Below, piece after piece: positions 46,242-61,442 of a DNA stretch of 64,000 bases (position 1 is its first letter; the number at the start of each line of letters is the position of its first letter). The notes under the pieces were generated by a model. The model was not told the origin of the DNA, did no database searches, and saw only the letters and a program-made list of their open reading frames with translations. A program made the translations under genes and the position numbers. Source of the stretch: the human T2T-CHM13v2.0 reference genome, Homo sapiens; assembly GCF_009914755.1 (NCBI RefSeq), contig NC_060945.1. One strand, written 5' to 3'.

Positions 46242-47170
46242 GATCATACTTGGAGTAAATGATGATTTAGCATAAAACACAACTTTAGCCTAAAATACAG
46301 ATCATAGGGCTCAAACTTTGTTATTTTATGGGATTATACTAATCAGTTAATATTCAAAATTTACCATTTCAAAAGAAGAAATATTGGTCAGGGAAAATTG
46401 CCATTGCTTATACAGAAGAATGGAGGAATCTTTTTGACAACAACAATTCTAGTGATCTTCCTCATCACTGGTTCCAAAACCAAGCCCATGGAAGGCCTGC
46501 ATAGGGATAATGTGGAGAACATGCAAGAGAAATACACATCACCAGCTCCTCAACTCAGAGCTCCAAGGGAATGGCCAAGGAAGCTGTATTGTCCTAAGAA
46601 ATTTGAGACTGTTTTGACTTACAATAAATCCTGCTCAATCATATGTATGTATACACACACACACACCCACACACACAGACGGTGTTGTCAGTGAAGTCTC
46701 TAACAATGCATCTTGACTGGACAGATTTGACAATTAAAATGGCTGGAAGAAAATAGGCTTCATAAGTGTCACTTACTATTCACATTACACATTAAAAGGA
46801 CATCTCCTAAATTAAATCTTGTCTATGATAAAAAGGCAGAAAATCATGACTCAAGGCTCATTTATAACTGCAGAAATGTTCAAGATAGACCAAGGCTTGC
46901 TATGTTTAGGAACTGACAAGTACAGGTCTTTATAATCTACCATTTTGCCTCATTTGATACCAGGTGACCTTCATAATGCAGGCAATAGAGAATTGCAAGA
47001 TTTGTCAGAGATTTCAGGTCTTTGGAAAGCTATGCTCTTTCACAAGAACAGCCATGGAAACAGGAAGAAAGTCAATTCCCACTTAAGGTAATCAGAATTT
47101 ACAAATATTCCTCTCTTCATTAAAATCTCAATAGGCACTTCAATATTATATTTAATTAATTCTTTTGTTA

Positions 47171-47541
47171 CAATCATGCATCACATAACAACATTTTGGT
47201 CAAGGATAGTGCACATGTATGACAGTGGTGCAATAAAATCATAATGCTGTACTTTTACTGTACCTCTTGTATGTTTAGACATGTATAGATACACTTACTG
47301 TATAGATGTAAGTATAGATATACTTAACTGTTGTGTTACAATTGCCTACAGTATTCAGTACAGTAACATGCTGCACAGGTTTGTAGCCTAGGAGGAATAG
47401 GCTATACCACCTAACCTAGATATGTAATCAGCTATAGCATCTAGGTTTGTGTAAGTAAACTCTGTGATGTTCATACAATAATAAAATTGTCCAGCAATGC
47501 ATTTCTCAGACACACCCCTGTCATTAAGTGACACATGACTG
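47171..47541 (+). mobile_element. Tigger3a (MER7A)-like DNA transposon
   Basis: TIRs CAATCATGCATCACATAAC / TTAAGTGACACATGACTG flanked by TA; internal acagtattcagtacagtaacatgctgcacaggtttgtagcctagg. Confidence 0.82.
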
Positions 47542-49454
47542 TATTAGTTAACACTATGGGAGCTTCATGGGAAATGGACACTCTAGCTCCACCATAAATA
47601 GAAACTTTTTATGTCAAAAAACACATAAAAGCATAGTTGCAAGATTACATTTCCTTCCAGATATTTCATTTAGTATCTCCACAGATCACTAACTTCCTGA
47701 ATAGCATTCTTGTGTCTCCACTGCCTCACATTTGATTTCAGGTCATTCCATCAATTGTCAAAGACGCATCCAACATTAACTTTCCAACTACTGGTTTGGA
47801 TTGTGTCAACATTGTCATTCTGGGCCACAACAACACAAAAGGCTAACTCAGTGAGGTAACATAGACACTGATCAGTGAGATTTTGCTGATGGATGGTACC
47901 ATTTTTTACCAAGATCAAGGGTATTCATACCTTCAGGCATCTAGATAACATTGAAAAGGGTAGGTTCATAGATAAAAAGGGAAAGAGGAAGGGTTTTTGC
48001 ACTATACATGAGCTACCATGTCTCCTGTTTAACCTGAGTCTGAAGAGATTCAAAGTGCAGGTGCCATGAATGCCTCTTTAATAGCTCCATGTCGATTGAT
48101 TTTCTGGGCTACACTTCCCAGCATTCAAATTGCTAAATGCATATAAACTACTAGTGAATATTTATTACCTGGATTTGTGCTTTTGAGTGATCTTATCTAT
48201 AGTTATGTGCTTCAGTGATCCAACTTGGGGTGTACTCCAAACTTTGATAAATTAAAGACCCTGCTTATTCCTTGAGTAATGGTACACTGACAACTGATTT
48301 AGTGAATGCCACTGTGAAAATAATAAACCTCTTGGTGAATATATTTAGACATGTCTTGTAACCTGTACACATCTTAACCAGGGATGTTACTTGGTCTTTC
48401 TATGTTCAGGAGTGTGTGGAGATAGAAAAACATACAGGATTGTAATTGTTGCCTGTGAGACTAACAGAAAATTCAAGCTAGTGAAGTATGCTTATGCATG
48501 GCACACTTCTCACCAGCAATTTTAGGAAGTTCTACCCACAACCCATATGTCTTTTGATATGTGGGTTACCTTGGATAGAGAAAAAGAAACTCTGAACACA
48601 AGCATGAAATACTTTAGAATTTTATCTAGAGTTGGACTTGTCCGAAAGCTTTTGTATAAACTTGCTTGATGAGCAACTGTTGTCCACTGGTACCTTCACT
48701 GTACAATCCACACACAACAAAACTTCACAACTGGACACCTAAATTTGCACTTTGTTTGGTAAAGTTGAATGAAAAATGTTGTCTTTTAAGCTTATGCTCT
48801 CTTATGAAAGCTGTTATTAGATGAATTTTACTCCAAGATATGCCAGTTAGGAAATAACTTCCAATTTTATTTCACCAGCTCCCTGTGGGTGGACTAATTA
48901 CTCACACATCACACTTACTCTGGTGGTGAAATGCCTCAAAAAAGGTCTCCAGAGTGTTGCTCTACCTAGAAGGACAAGAATGAAGAGACATAAAAATCAT
49001 TCATTAAGAAGGAAGAAGATTTTCCTTGCCTAGATTTGCACTTGTAGGATCCAATTAATTTTATCACTTAATATTTTGTCCTGGTGGGCATTCACTTTAC
49101 AAATTTGTAAGGTCAGTAGAAATGGAAACTTTTGGAAATCAAACTGTAAATGTTCTGTAGACGTTGACAGAAATAGCTATTTGGAGCTGTGCTTTTGCCA
49201 ACTAGACACTCTGAGAAAATCTGTGAGAGGATATTTTCAGGAAGTCATTGAACCCCCTAAAAATCAAGTTTATTGCTTTTACCATAAATATAAATAATTT
49301 ATTATCAACCACTTTCAATATTCCAATAAGTAACTTTGTTGTTTATTTCATTGACATGATCTACATAGACATGCAATTTATCTTCTTTTGCGATACATTC
49401 AGAAAAATTGCTGCCTGGAAAAGCCATGTTTTGAAATTACCACCTGTTTGATGA

Positions 49455-49702
49455 TTTTTTTTTTTATACTTTAAGTTTTAGGGCACATGTGCACAACGTG
49501 CAGTTTAATTACATATGTATACATGTGCCATGTTGGTGTGCTGCACCCATTAACTCGTCATTTAGCATTAGGTATATCTCCTAATGCTATCCCTACCCCC
49601 TCTCCCCACCCCACAACAGGCCCTGGTGTGTGATGTTCCCCTTCCTGTGTGCATGTGTTCTCATTGTTCAATTCCCACCTATGAGTGAGAACATGCAGTG
49701 TT
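49455..49702 (-). mobile_element. Short L1PA 3'UTR fragment
   Basis: Poly(T) then atactttaagttttagggcacatgtgcacaacgtgcag; no clear TSD. Confidence 0.92.
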
Positions 49703-52249
49703 TCATTTCCACTTAAGTATCTATCTCTATTTGTCCTTTATTTTCACTTCCATCCTAGCTCTATCCCTTGTCTCCTTCATGTGTCTCAAGATAAGTGCCC
49801 TATAACATTTTATATTTCTGGAAACCCTTCAATATAAAGTTATTACATGTAAAAATAAAAAGTCTGTTTTAGCAAACTTTTTCTTCACAAATTATCTTTT
49901 CCTAGTTCCCTATTGGACAATTTTTGTAGGCTCCATATGCTATTAATTTATATTCACTTTCAGAAGAATTTTCATCAAAAGCTAAAGTCTTATGTAAATT
50001 GTTTATATGCTATTTGTACTTCTATGTATATATACACACATAGCCACATACATATATGTAACTCCGGAGGCCTGCCTGGACTGTTAAATAACTGTATTGA
50101 ACAAGAGCAAGAAAAAGCTGTTCAAATTTCAAACAACAATTTGAACTGAAGAGCTCACATCTTTGAATGAAATAGACACTAGTAGCCTTTAAAAATTAAA
50201 CATTTCTACTGTTTTAAAAAATTATAGCCATCATAGTATGAGGAAAAATGTAATAATCCTTTTTAATTCTTGCCATTTTATTAACCACAGAGTCCTTATG
50301 CCCTGACTTCATTGGTACCCCTTTGAGATTAAACAGAACACTTAATTTAAAATTCTGATAAATAAATTAATTACACCATTTACTTGAGGTACTCTTTCAC
50401 CTTTCAAGAAATATTTTGAGAATTCATTAGCTAAACATTGCTATAATGCGGGCTAGAAATAAATGGAAATAATGATTTCATTGTAAAGTTTAAACTAATG
50501 ATGGTATGATCTGGAGTTTTTGTTAACCTAGAAGACATAATTAGCTCTAGAGGTGAAATGAAAGACAAAATCACTTCACATATTAGTAAAAAACAAATAA
50601 TATAACTTTATAAGCTACTGCTGTTCTTTTGCTATTAAGAATCAATGACATCTGTAATTAGGGAAGATTATGGAAAAGTTAAAGGTGAGAATACATGCAG
50701 TCTGTCGACAGGAAACCTAAACAGTTTAGGTTAAGGAAAGGTCGGCGAAAGTCATATTAATTAGCAGGTTCACAGGAAACTGACATTTATTGTATAAATT
50801 CCATGGTCAAATGTATTAGGGCTCCACGCACACAACTGTGCACCATCTATGTTACCACACAGTGCTTACTTCTTTCAGTCTTTATTCATTTCTCTCCTAA
50901 TGGTCTGTATGGTATTATTACATAGTTCTAAAGACCTTCCATGAGGCAGAAATTTCATTTAATGATATAGCTTTGAAAATAATGAAAAACAGTAGAAACT
51001 TTCTACTTTTTTATGAAGCAGAATTGTTGAATTTTCAGTTTCATTTATTTAATGTTACAAGATGACAAACAAATTTCTTTAATTCCTTCTTGTTATTTTT
51101 GTCTAACATCAACCAAAGCCATTTCTTTCATTTGAAGGTGAAAACTGCTCATCAAAATCCAGTTTAAGCTGAGAAACAAAGAACTAAATTTTGCATGAGA
51201 GATTATACACTGCATAAGTATAAAACAGGACCAGAAACAATGGTGGATTCACAATTTTTAAAAAGACAAAAGCAGGTTATCATTAAATCAATTCTTACCA
51301 ACACACCAATTTCACCTCTAGGCCAGAAAATTAGCCACTTACCCACGGGAAAACAATGATTGAAGACAAAGTTCACCAGTGAACGTTGGTTATTTTCCAT
51401 CCTTACATCAACTAAAATGATATCTACAGTTCCTCTTAACACTTTTCTTACTTTCAAATATGTGGGTATGCTTCATTAGCTGAGGCCATGTTCCATATGC
51501 ACATCTGGCTACAAGGGAAACTGGGAATGTGAGCCCTGATCCTAATGTTTGTAGAGTATTTAGAAATTTGAGAATTCCCTCCAAATAAAGAGTTTTTTAA
51601 AACATTGTTAGACAAAAAGTTTGAATTACAAAATGTGGTAGTAGCTCAGGTCTAACTCAAATGCAGGGAAAAAAACTATTAACTCTAAAAAAAAATTAAA
51701 TACACATTTGATGGTAATGAGAAACAGAAAACAGGCAGAAATAGTAGAATATTCAACCACTGATGAAGTATTTGACCATTGAATAAAGAAAATTGCAATG
51801 ATTTAAATTTGCATCAATGTAACGTCACACCTGATGACACTTCCCAGTCTGTGCAAAATTAGATGTCTAAGAGTAAAGCGGTGAGTTTTACTAGCTTGAG
51901 GAATAAGAGTACAGAGTTCCAGGCTGACAGAAAAGAAGAACTGGGAAATTTGAATGACATGGGAGGAAATCTCACACAACTGAAAGTCACAGAGGAGAAT
52001 GTCACAGAGTAAAAATCTAAAATCAGCACTTCAACTTCATTCAGATATATGATGGCTGCTACATTTCACATTCATAAAAAGAGACTCCATAGAATCCAGC
52101 AGAAAACAACAGCTAAATTGCTAGTACAGAGCAGAGATTTCAACCATTGCATGTAGCTCAGGAGTGAAAGTTTGGTGTTTGACTACAGAAAGAAGACTAA
52201 TGTTAGAAAAGAGTCACTCTTCAAAGGAAAATAAAAGAGCCTATCTCTA

Positions 52250-55195
52250 CAAAATATCATACACATAATCTAACATATAATTTAACCTGCCTAGACATAG
52301 AACCAGGAAAATATGACACATAACAAAAAAAGTAAACAATGGATTAAGACATTGAAATGGCCCACATGCTGGAATTAGAAGATAAGAAATTTAAAATAAG
52401 CTATTATAAGCATATTCAAGGATTTAAGGAATAGATGGTCATAAGAGGGAATATATGGAGAATCTCAACAGAGAAGTAAAAATGATAAAGGGATAATAGG
52501 ACAAATTTTAGAACTGAGAGACAGAATATCTTATATAAAAATGTCATTTTATGCACATACCAGTAAATTAAAGATGGCAGAAAAAACTATCAGTGCACTT
52601 AAAAACAGATCAAGAACAATTTCCCAATACAGCTAATACAAAGGAGAAAAATAATAAAAATATGACCAGTCTAGCACTAATATAATTGGACTCCTAGAAA
52701 GAGTAGAGAAGAAAATGAGACAGAAAAAGCTATTTGAAAAAGTAAAGACCAAAGTTTTCCTAATTGTCAGCATATATCAACTTACAGGTTTAAGAAACTC
52801 AAAGAACAGAATAAAAATATACAGAACCAAATGTAGACATACCATAGTCAAACCACTGGGCAAAAAAAGAGTAAATCTTGAAAGTAGCTAAAGGGAGGGA
52901 GAAAATAATTTACATACGTGGAAACAAATAGGTCATCTACCTGTCATCAGAAATGACACTTTAAAAAGCAATGAAACTACATCTTCAAAATAAAAAAAAA
53001 CTGTTAACTCCAAATTCTATAACTAGAAAAAGTAATTCTTGAGAAAATAAAGATTTATTCAGATAAAAGAGAGCTTCGAACAATTGTCATTAGCAGACCT
53101 AGATACAAGAAATGCAAACGGAAATTTTTTAGACTAAAGAAAGATAACAGATGGAAATTCTGACCTACAGGAAGTAAGGAGAAGCTCTAGGAATGGCATG
53201 TGCATAAACAGGAAAAACTAAGGCTTTTTTCTTTTAGTTTTATAACAAAACAACTGATGGTTTAAATAAAAAATTAAGAGTACTATTGATAATGTATGTA
53301 GAGTAAAATATTCTAAATTAATAGCTCTGACAGGAGACTAAACGCAACAATTTTGCCACAACTTTTCTTTATGTTACATGAAAACGTTGACTATTAACAG
53401 TAAGTGGACTGCGATAAGCCCAGGATGTTTATTACAATCCCTAGAGAACCACCACATTATATGAAGATATTCTTCTAAAATGCCAATAAAGGAATTAAAA
53501 TGGAACGCTGAATATTGTTCAGTTAATATAAAAAGGCATGAAAGAAAGAACAGAGGAGCAAAAAATGATGGAACAAATAGAAGATAAGAGCAAAATAGGC
53601 TGGGCGCGGTGGCTCAGCCTGTAATCCCAGCACTTTGGGAGGCCGAGGCGGGTGGATCACGAGGTCAGGAGATCGAGACCATCCTGGCTAACACGGTGAA
53701 ACCCCATCTCTACTAAAAATGCAAAAATTAGCCGGGCATGGTGGCGGGCACTTGTAGTCCCAGCTACTCCGGATGCTGAGGCAGGAAAATGGCATGAATC
53801 CGGGAGGCAGAGCTTGCAGTGAGGCGAGATCCGCCACTGCACTCCAGCCTGGGCGACAGGGCCAGACTCCGTCTCAAAAAAAAAAAAAAAAAAAAAGCAA
53901 AAATAGTAGGCTTAACTCCAACCTTATCAATAATTATTTCAAATGTAATTTAAATACTCCAAATAAAACACAGATTGTCCAACTATATAATAAAAGTACC
54001 TATAAGAGATGCATGCCAAATATTATGGTATAGATAAGTTGAGAGTTAAATAATTTCCAAGTATACCAAGGAAACAACAAGCACAAGAAATCTTATGTGG
54101 CTATATTAATATAAGAAAAAGTAGACCTCCAAACAAGCAATATTACAACAGAAAGCTATTTCATAATGATAAAATGTCAAGTAATTATGAAGACATAATG
54201 CTGTATTGCTGATAGAATAACTAAAGAAAGTTAAGGTAAAATAATTTTGACAACACCCTGACCTAATCGATATTGACCAAGAAAATAGAATATATGTTCT
54301 ATTATGCTACACATGAAACATTTATCAATAGGCTATAGACCACAAAATATCTCTCAAGAAGTTTCAAAACACTGTAATCATAGAAAGTATACTTTCTGAC
54401 CATAATGAAAATGAGTTGAAATGGGTGAAAACAAGCTACCCAGGAAAGTCTACACTATTGGAAGATTTAAATACACCTTAAAATGCCCTTTAGCTCAAGG
54501 AAGAAATCATAAGAACTGAATACAAATAAAAATATACTATATCAAAATATGTGGGATAAGTTAAGCAGACCCAGAGTAAATTTTTTGTATAAATGCTTAT
54601 TCTAAAAAAGAGAAGTTCAAAACAAGTGCACTAATTTTCTACCTTAAAAAGAAAATCTAAAACAAGAGAGCAAATTAAGTCCAAAACAAGTAGAAGAAAG
54701 AAAATAAAACAGAAATTAGAAATCAATGAGACAGAAAACAGACACAGGAGAAAATTAACATGGCCAAAAGTTAGTTCTGTGAGAAAGAAAGAAAACGCAA
54801 ATTATAAATATCAGGGATTAATGAGATTGTACAGTTGTAGACACAAGAGACATTAACAAGATAATGGAATATTGTGAAACACTTTATACTAATTTTCATT
54901 ACTTGGATGAAAGGGTGAATTCCTTGAAAAGAAACTTATAAAAAAATTCACAAGATTAAATGGAATATATGAAGTAATTGACATTTATTAAAGTAATTAA
55001 ATTGTCAAATACCTGCACATAAAAACATAAAACTAAAGAAATAAAAAAATAAGCAAACTCCACATCCAAAGAGTTTTGCTGGTGAATTCTTTCAAACGTT
55101 TTAAAAAAATAAAATTTTTAAATTATTTCAGAAGAAGGGGGAAATTCCAAACTTGTTTTATGAGTCAGAATCCTGATAGCAAAACTACAAAACCC
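52250..55195 (+). mobile_element. Ancient L1M (ORF1 through 5' ORF2), interrupted by an AluY
   Basis: A-rich degenerate L1 sequence, e.g. ggaattagaagataagaaatttaaaataagctattataa and actttctgaccataatgaaaatgagttgaaat. Boundaries approximate. Confidence 0.65.
53598..53896 (+). mobile_element. AluY
   Basis: gatcgagaccatcctggctaacacggtgaaacccc and gagcttgcagtg diagnostics; long A tail; approximate TSD A(G/A)AGCAAAATA. Confidence 0.93.
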
Positions 55196-55224
55196 AGGAA
55201 TGCAAAATTGATTTCAACTTAAAG

Positions 55225-55845
55225 GGCTATCACCATTCTAATCTGTGATTCTAATTAATTTGGCTATCTTAGATACTTTATACAAGTGGAATCATACAGT
55301 TTGTCCTTCTGTGACTGATTTACTTTACGTAGCATTAATGTCCTCTAGGTTCATCCATGTTGCATATTGCCGGATTTTCTTGTTTTAAAGCTGAATAATA
55401 TTCCGTTGTATGAATATACCACATTTTCTTTATCTATTCATCTGCCAATAAACATTAACCTTATTTCCACATTTTGATTAGTGTAAATAATGCTGCAATG
55501 AGCCTGAGAATCATCCCAATCTCAATTCTTTCAGATAAATAACCTGAAGTGAGATTGCTAGATCATATGGTAGTTCTACTTTCTTAATTTTTTTGAGGAA
55601 CAACTGTACTGTTTTCCATAGAGGCTGCACAGTTTTACTTTCCCAGAAACACTGTACAAGTGTTCCAATTTCTCCCCATTGTTAACACTCGTTATCTTTT
55701 TCTTTTAATAAGACCATTCTAACAGGCTTGAGGCAATATCTCTTTGTGGTTTTGATTTGCATTTCCCTGATGATTAGTGATGCTGAGCATTTTTTTCATG
55801 TACCTGTTGGTAATTTGGATATTTTCTTTGGAGAAATATCTATTG
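55225..55845 (-). mobile_element. L1MA/MB-like 3' fragment inserted antisense into the older L1M
   Basis: aagtggaatcatacagtttgtccttctgtgactg..; gttttgatttgcatttccctgatgattagtgatgctgagc. Confidence 0.75.
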
Positions 55846-55849
55846 CTGA

Positions 55850-56045
55850 TTAAAAAAAAAAAAAAAACTCTCAGCAAGCTAGAAAAAGAAATTTTCTCGA
55901 AGTGGTGGAAAGCATCCACAACAAAACATATAAACAATATTATATTTAATTGTGAAAGTGTAAATGTTTAAACCACATAGATTAGGACAAGAAAAGGATG
56001 TGTGTGTTCATCACCTCTATTCAACATTTTACTGGTGATCCTAGA
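55850..56045 (+). mobile_element. L1M ORF2 RT fragment (continuation)
   Basis: aaaactctcagcaagctag..ggacaagaaaaggatgt..cacctctattcaacattttactgg. Confidence 0.6.
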
Positions 56046-58283
56046 TTGAGTATAAATATTTAGGGGATAACTATTGTCACTGAAGCCCAAATCTTGGTCA
56101 TCCTCAGGAAAAAAAAAAAAAAAGTTGATTAGGTTGTATATAATCTAATTCTACTTGCTAATTTAATTTCTCTAAAATTACAGCTTGTATCAACTCTAGA
56201 ATTTATTGGGCACCTCCTAGGACATAAACACTGGAATTTGGTGAGAGACATCAAATAGGAAAGAACCTGGCTCTGACATAAATTCAACACACGGAGGGGG
56301 ACACACGTTATGAGACTGACCTGGCCTCTTCATCTCATAAAAGGGGTTCTTGTTGCTGGTAACACAGATTAAAACTATTTCAATTACATTCAAGGTAAAA
56401 AGATTAGCAATGATATGTAAGATGAAAAAATCACCCCGCAGGAAGACAAAAGTCTCACAAAAGGATATTTAAACTAGCCAACACTTTGAAATTCAGGCAG
56501 AGATCGTGCTTTCTGGGTGAACTAAAGTAGCAAGAACAAAGTAGAGGCTCCAATTCTAGGAAAAATGGGCTCTAATAAGGTTTACAATCCAGAAACTCAA
56601 GATATCCAGACAGAAGGATGCAGTCTCCGCTTTCAAGGCAGTAGCAGTACCTGGATTACTATGCCAATCCCCAACACAATCATAAACACAAATTTGATTG
56701 AGGACGAAGCTTGCCCACCAGAAGATTTAGGTTATTACAAGGTAGAATGTGATAGAGAAAACGAGCATGGGACTGGAAACAAGAGGAGGTAGTCCCATGA
56801 TTACAACTGGAATATATCTGTCAGAGATGGTGTGGAAATAAGACTGAAGAGAGAGCTCCTTAAACCTCACGTGCCTTACATCAGGACTAATCCTGGACAC
56901 AGGCTGGAAAGCATAGCCTACAGGTGGTGAGGGAGGAGGAGTGGACTCAGCTGTGAGAAGGAGAAGGAAATATGGCTGAAAACCAGATACGGGTCTTGAA
57001 ATCACACAGAGGATTTGGGCCTTTGCTGCTGTCTGCCAGCAGCTGCCAGTAGTTCTAACACTTTGGCTGGCATCAAAATCACCTGGGGCAGTGGTGGGGA
57101 AGCGGGGGGAGTGTTGTAAAACCACAAGTGAACAGGCAAAAAACACCTGTATGTTTTCCAATTCAGTAAGTACAGAAATATTAATTGGAAAAAGGTGGAC
57201 GTCAGACATTGATAGTGCTGTGGACTGCTCCAGGGACGTAAGCATGATCTTTAGAGAGGTGACTCTCATCAGTTGAGGGCAACCACTGGACAGAAAGAGG
57301 TCCAGACCAACCGTAAACAGAGACATCATACAAATACACTTTAGCAACCTCTCCAAATAACATGTCTCTTAGTGAAACTTAGGAGGTTGAAAGTTAAAAA
57401 CATAAAATCCCGTGGCATTTATGTATCCTAGGCACTTACATTTGTCTGATTCTTCCAACTTGCCTTTGCTTGGTTAGAGATTTGGGTAGACAAGAGGTGG
57501 ATTTACATGTGCCATTGTGAGAACTTTGATACACTCATTTAGACATTGACCTACTATCTTGATGTTTGAAAGCTAAAACCCAAAGAAATTTGTCTTTTTA
57601 CATAAAACAAATTCAGCCCTTACCTTCCTTGTCGATTACATCTTCCACTAGCAGTAATAAAAAAGTAACAATATGCATAAGTCAAAGTATCTTCTTAGAT
57701 CCTCTGTAGTGTTTTATTATTTTGTTGTGTTAATTAAAGTAACTGTCTGAAAATTTCAAGGAATGCCTGAGAAGCAATTCGTGTTCAAAGGCTGCCCTCT
57801 TGCGACAATGTGTTGTATGTTTTACTGTAAAAGTAATCTTATTTTACCTTATAACCTCTACAATCCAATTCATAACAACATAAAAAGGAAATAAAACCTT
57901 ACATAATTTTGAATTTTAAAAAGTACCTTGTTTATATGGCTCCTTTAGCTAATGAATAGTCAATTTGGTAAATATTCCAGTGAGTTGAAGGCTTGAATCC
58001 ATCTCACTTAACTAGCTTGATGGATGTATTTCTAAACCTATACAACCCACTCCTCTGCTTTTAAAAAATCAAAGTTAGCTGTAGATTGAGATGTCAGTGA
58101 CAGTTTATAGAACATAACTTAGATTGTCATCTACATTACTGTAACTACAAATACCACCCTCAGATGGAAGAATCAGTTTTATCAGTGAACATCTCTAATT
58201 GAACTGTAAATGGTGTATGTCTTCTGGCTTTTACAAGCTCTTGGTCTAACACAGGGGATATATGATGTAAAACTTACAAAGCA

Positions 58284-58605
<322 letters not shown>

Positions 58606-59199
58606 CTATAATGTTTTGTGATGTTAAACTTTGGGAGCTTTTTTTTTTTCTTTCTTTTCCCAAGTCCCTTTCCCAGTTCCAGGAGCAGAGTTATTCTAAG
58701 CTCATTGATGTAAAGGAATAGAAAGAAAAGGTTTGGTGGAAAACCTAATAACCTGCTATCTTTCTGTCTTTTGTTTTTTAAAAGCTTGAGCATTTGGGAG
58801 AATTTGGAAAGATTGTGGAGTAAGTGCAAAGAAGGAATTTGCTAACAAAAATTATATAGGGTAAAATGAGTTTTTTCCAGGTTAGAAAATATCCACTCCC
58901 TACCCTCCTACATTCCTTTCCCATGGTTAAGAAGAGGAAAAAACAAAGGCCTCTTGCTGAGCAGTGGTGACTTAGGCAATTTCTTAGAAATATTCTAGAA
59001 GACATAGTCATCTTTTAAAAAAAATAGCTACAAGGATATGTCTAAGCAGAAGGGACCATGGGCCAAATTACGTGTAGATTTTTGCATTCCAAATATGGTA
59101 AAGAAGAAGCAGGAAGCTGGGGCTCCTAAACAGGTCACACAGAAATGGACGAGGAAGAGGCCAGCAGCAGCTTGTGGGGACAAGACGTCAAGCCCCAAA

Positions 59200-59646
59200 T
59201 GTTAAACCCACCATCCATCTTCCAAAGTCTGGCTCTGTTTAACAAGGCTGCGGTCTGACACTAGATGCCGCCTCAGTGACTATAGCATAATTTCCCGTCT
59301 CCTGGGAGTGTTGACAGCTGACTCCTGGCAACAATACTCACAGCACAGTAAAGTTCCTTCATCCAAGTTCATATCCCTTCTCAAGGCATCCCACATCCGA
59401 GAACTGCTTGGTACAGAAATATAATGGCCTGGTTTTCTTGCTCCAATTCCAGGTCATTAGGTAAACTCACCAAGATCCCTGTAGAGTGGACTGCAGCCGT
59501 GATAGTGATTGCATTCTAGCCGACTTCCTGCTCCGCCCAATCCTATTGCTTTCACTCTCCCACAGGTGTTGGGAATATCATTTCAACCTCCTTGCATGCA
59601 AATCTCCAACTCGGAGTCGGCTTCCTAGGACACCTGACTGGTGATA
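59200..59646 (+). mobile_element. LTR16-like ERVL LTR
   Basis: 3' part gcccaatcct..cacaggtgttg..ttgcatgcaaatctccaactcggagtcggcttcctagg resembles the LTR16 terminus; 5' boundary uncertain. Confidence 0.55.
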
Positions 59647-60950
59647 TCTCTATCACTATCACGGTACTTAGAGGGGAGCATCTTAAAATGATTGAAGGCT
59701 AACTGCCCTAACAGCACTGGCAGATGGTGGCTTAAAATAGAATTTAAGTGGACTTAAAAAAACATGAAAAAAGTTGACATTGCACGCTCATATGAGCTTA
59801 TGGATCAAACCATGTGTATGATTTCTAAGATCCCTCGTGCAGTATATATTTGCACTGTTTATAAATGACATCCCCTTGAATTGAATTCAGTGCAATTCAA
59901 AACAATAATTTGTGGGAAAAATTAGATATGCAGATAGCCTGGACTCTAGAGAGGCACACATCATTTGGAAAATAATAGTGAACCGGCTGGTCTATGAGGG
60001 AAGAAAACAGAGTGAATATAGACTATTAGTGAACAAGGATATTTTCCCATGTATATTCAAATTAAGGTGAACTTCTTTAGAGAATTGTGCCTTAGAAAGA
60101 AAAAGTATTTCCCTATATTTGAGTCCTCACAAGTTTTCCTACGATGAGTGCTTTTGTGATTATTTTGAATAACAAAGTAATATTTAAAGAAATTCTCTTG
60201 CCCTGAATGTACTTTACATCAATTGATGTTGCATATAGAGAGCATCAGAGTCAAGCCACAAGAAAAGGAGGAACATAACTTAGCAAAGACTTAGAGGATT
60301 AGTCCTAATAGTGTGAAATCAAAAGTTCAAGTGAGGGAATAAATGCAGCTTTTAATGATTACTTAAATGAAGTTTAACTCTAGCAGGATCTACAAGAAAT
60401 TGGCAACCTTTGGCTTCAGTAACAGAAACTCAGGATATATGCCCTTCAGTGCTTTTGGATTCCGCATCATATTGAGAGCGACTCCTTTAAACAAACAATA
60501 AGAAACTTCCTGTGACAACATAATAAATTCAAAAAGTTCTGTAACTCAGACAATTTAGATAGAAGTGAGGACTTTGGCCTAGACAGCCCTGTTCACTCTA
60601 AAGATGGATTAAACAAGGAAAAAGATATTGATATCAAAAATTCAATCAGGAATTTGATTAAAGCATTTCATTAAATGTGATAATTTCTTAGTATATTATC
60701 TTACATATGCAATATTCATGTGTAACAAATTAAATACAAGTAAACATTTGAGCATATTATCTGCAGCATAATTTACATATCAATTTACATATTCAGTTTT
60801 GCTCACATGAAAACTTCGATCTTCTCAATAAGAAAATTTGTGAAATCTTTAATTCCTCATCCCCAGGAATGTCAATAAATAAATATAAATATTGTAAGTC
60901 AGTGATTTTTTCCTAGGAAGACAGTAAAATTACTTTACACGCCTTCTCAT

Positions 60951-61442
60951 TGTAAACCTAAATAACAAACAGAGAAAGGTTCTCTAAAGGAAAAAGACAC
61001 ATCTTAGGGAGGAGGACACTGCAATGGGAATATGCATGACAAAGCAAACTGTGTAGATTCAAATGGTAAAGGAAGACAAGGTCTTTAAAAGAAAAACGAT
61101 CAACCTGGAATTATGGGGGAGTAGAAAAAAATAAATAAAGGAAAAATGAAGAGGCTTCTATAATTGTTTTGTTATAGTTATCTTTGACTATAAAGATCAA
61201 CAACAAGGTCGATGTCAGTTGAAGTTTGAGCAGGTGGTTGCTGGATAGATGTTCTCACAGAAGTGTATTTTGTGTAAGGTTGCTATGGCCTTTGTGCAAG
61301 GTTGTGGATTTTGTGGTATTTTGTGACAGTTTGTATCAGGCCTAGAAGCATGAGAACCCTCTCTTCAAGGCCTTCTCTGAATCTATTTGTCCAGGTTTTT
61401 TCTTTTCTTTTTTAAAGATTACCGACAGTTTTGATTCTGATA
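60951..61442 (-). mobile_element. MER67-like ERV1 solo LTR
   Basis: Termini TGTAAACCTAAATAACAAACAGAG / TTTTGATTCTGATA; internal gagaaccctctcttcaaggccttc..ctatttgtc. Confidence 0.7.

Noticed and set aside
50714-50732. Perfect inverted repeat AACCTAAAC-A-GTTTAGGTT
   Set aside because: A 9-bp-arm palindrome is plausible by chance in 64 kb of AT-rich DNA, and there is no supporting context.
56565-57356. 209-aa (-) and 75-aa (+) ORFs in non-repetitive-looking sequence
   Set aside because: No recognisable domain or homology, no processed-pseudogene hallmarks, and the longer ORF overlaps a MER5-like remnant near 57047-57090.
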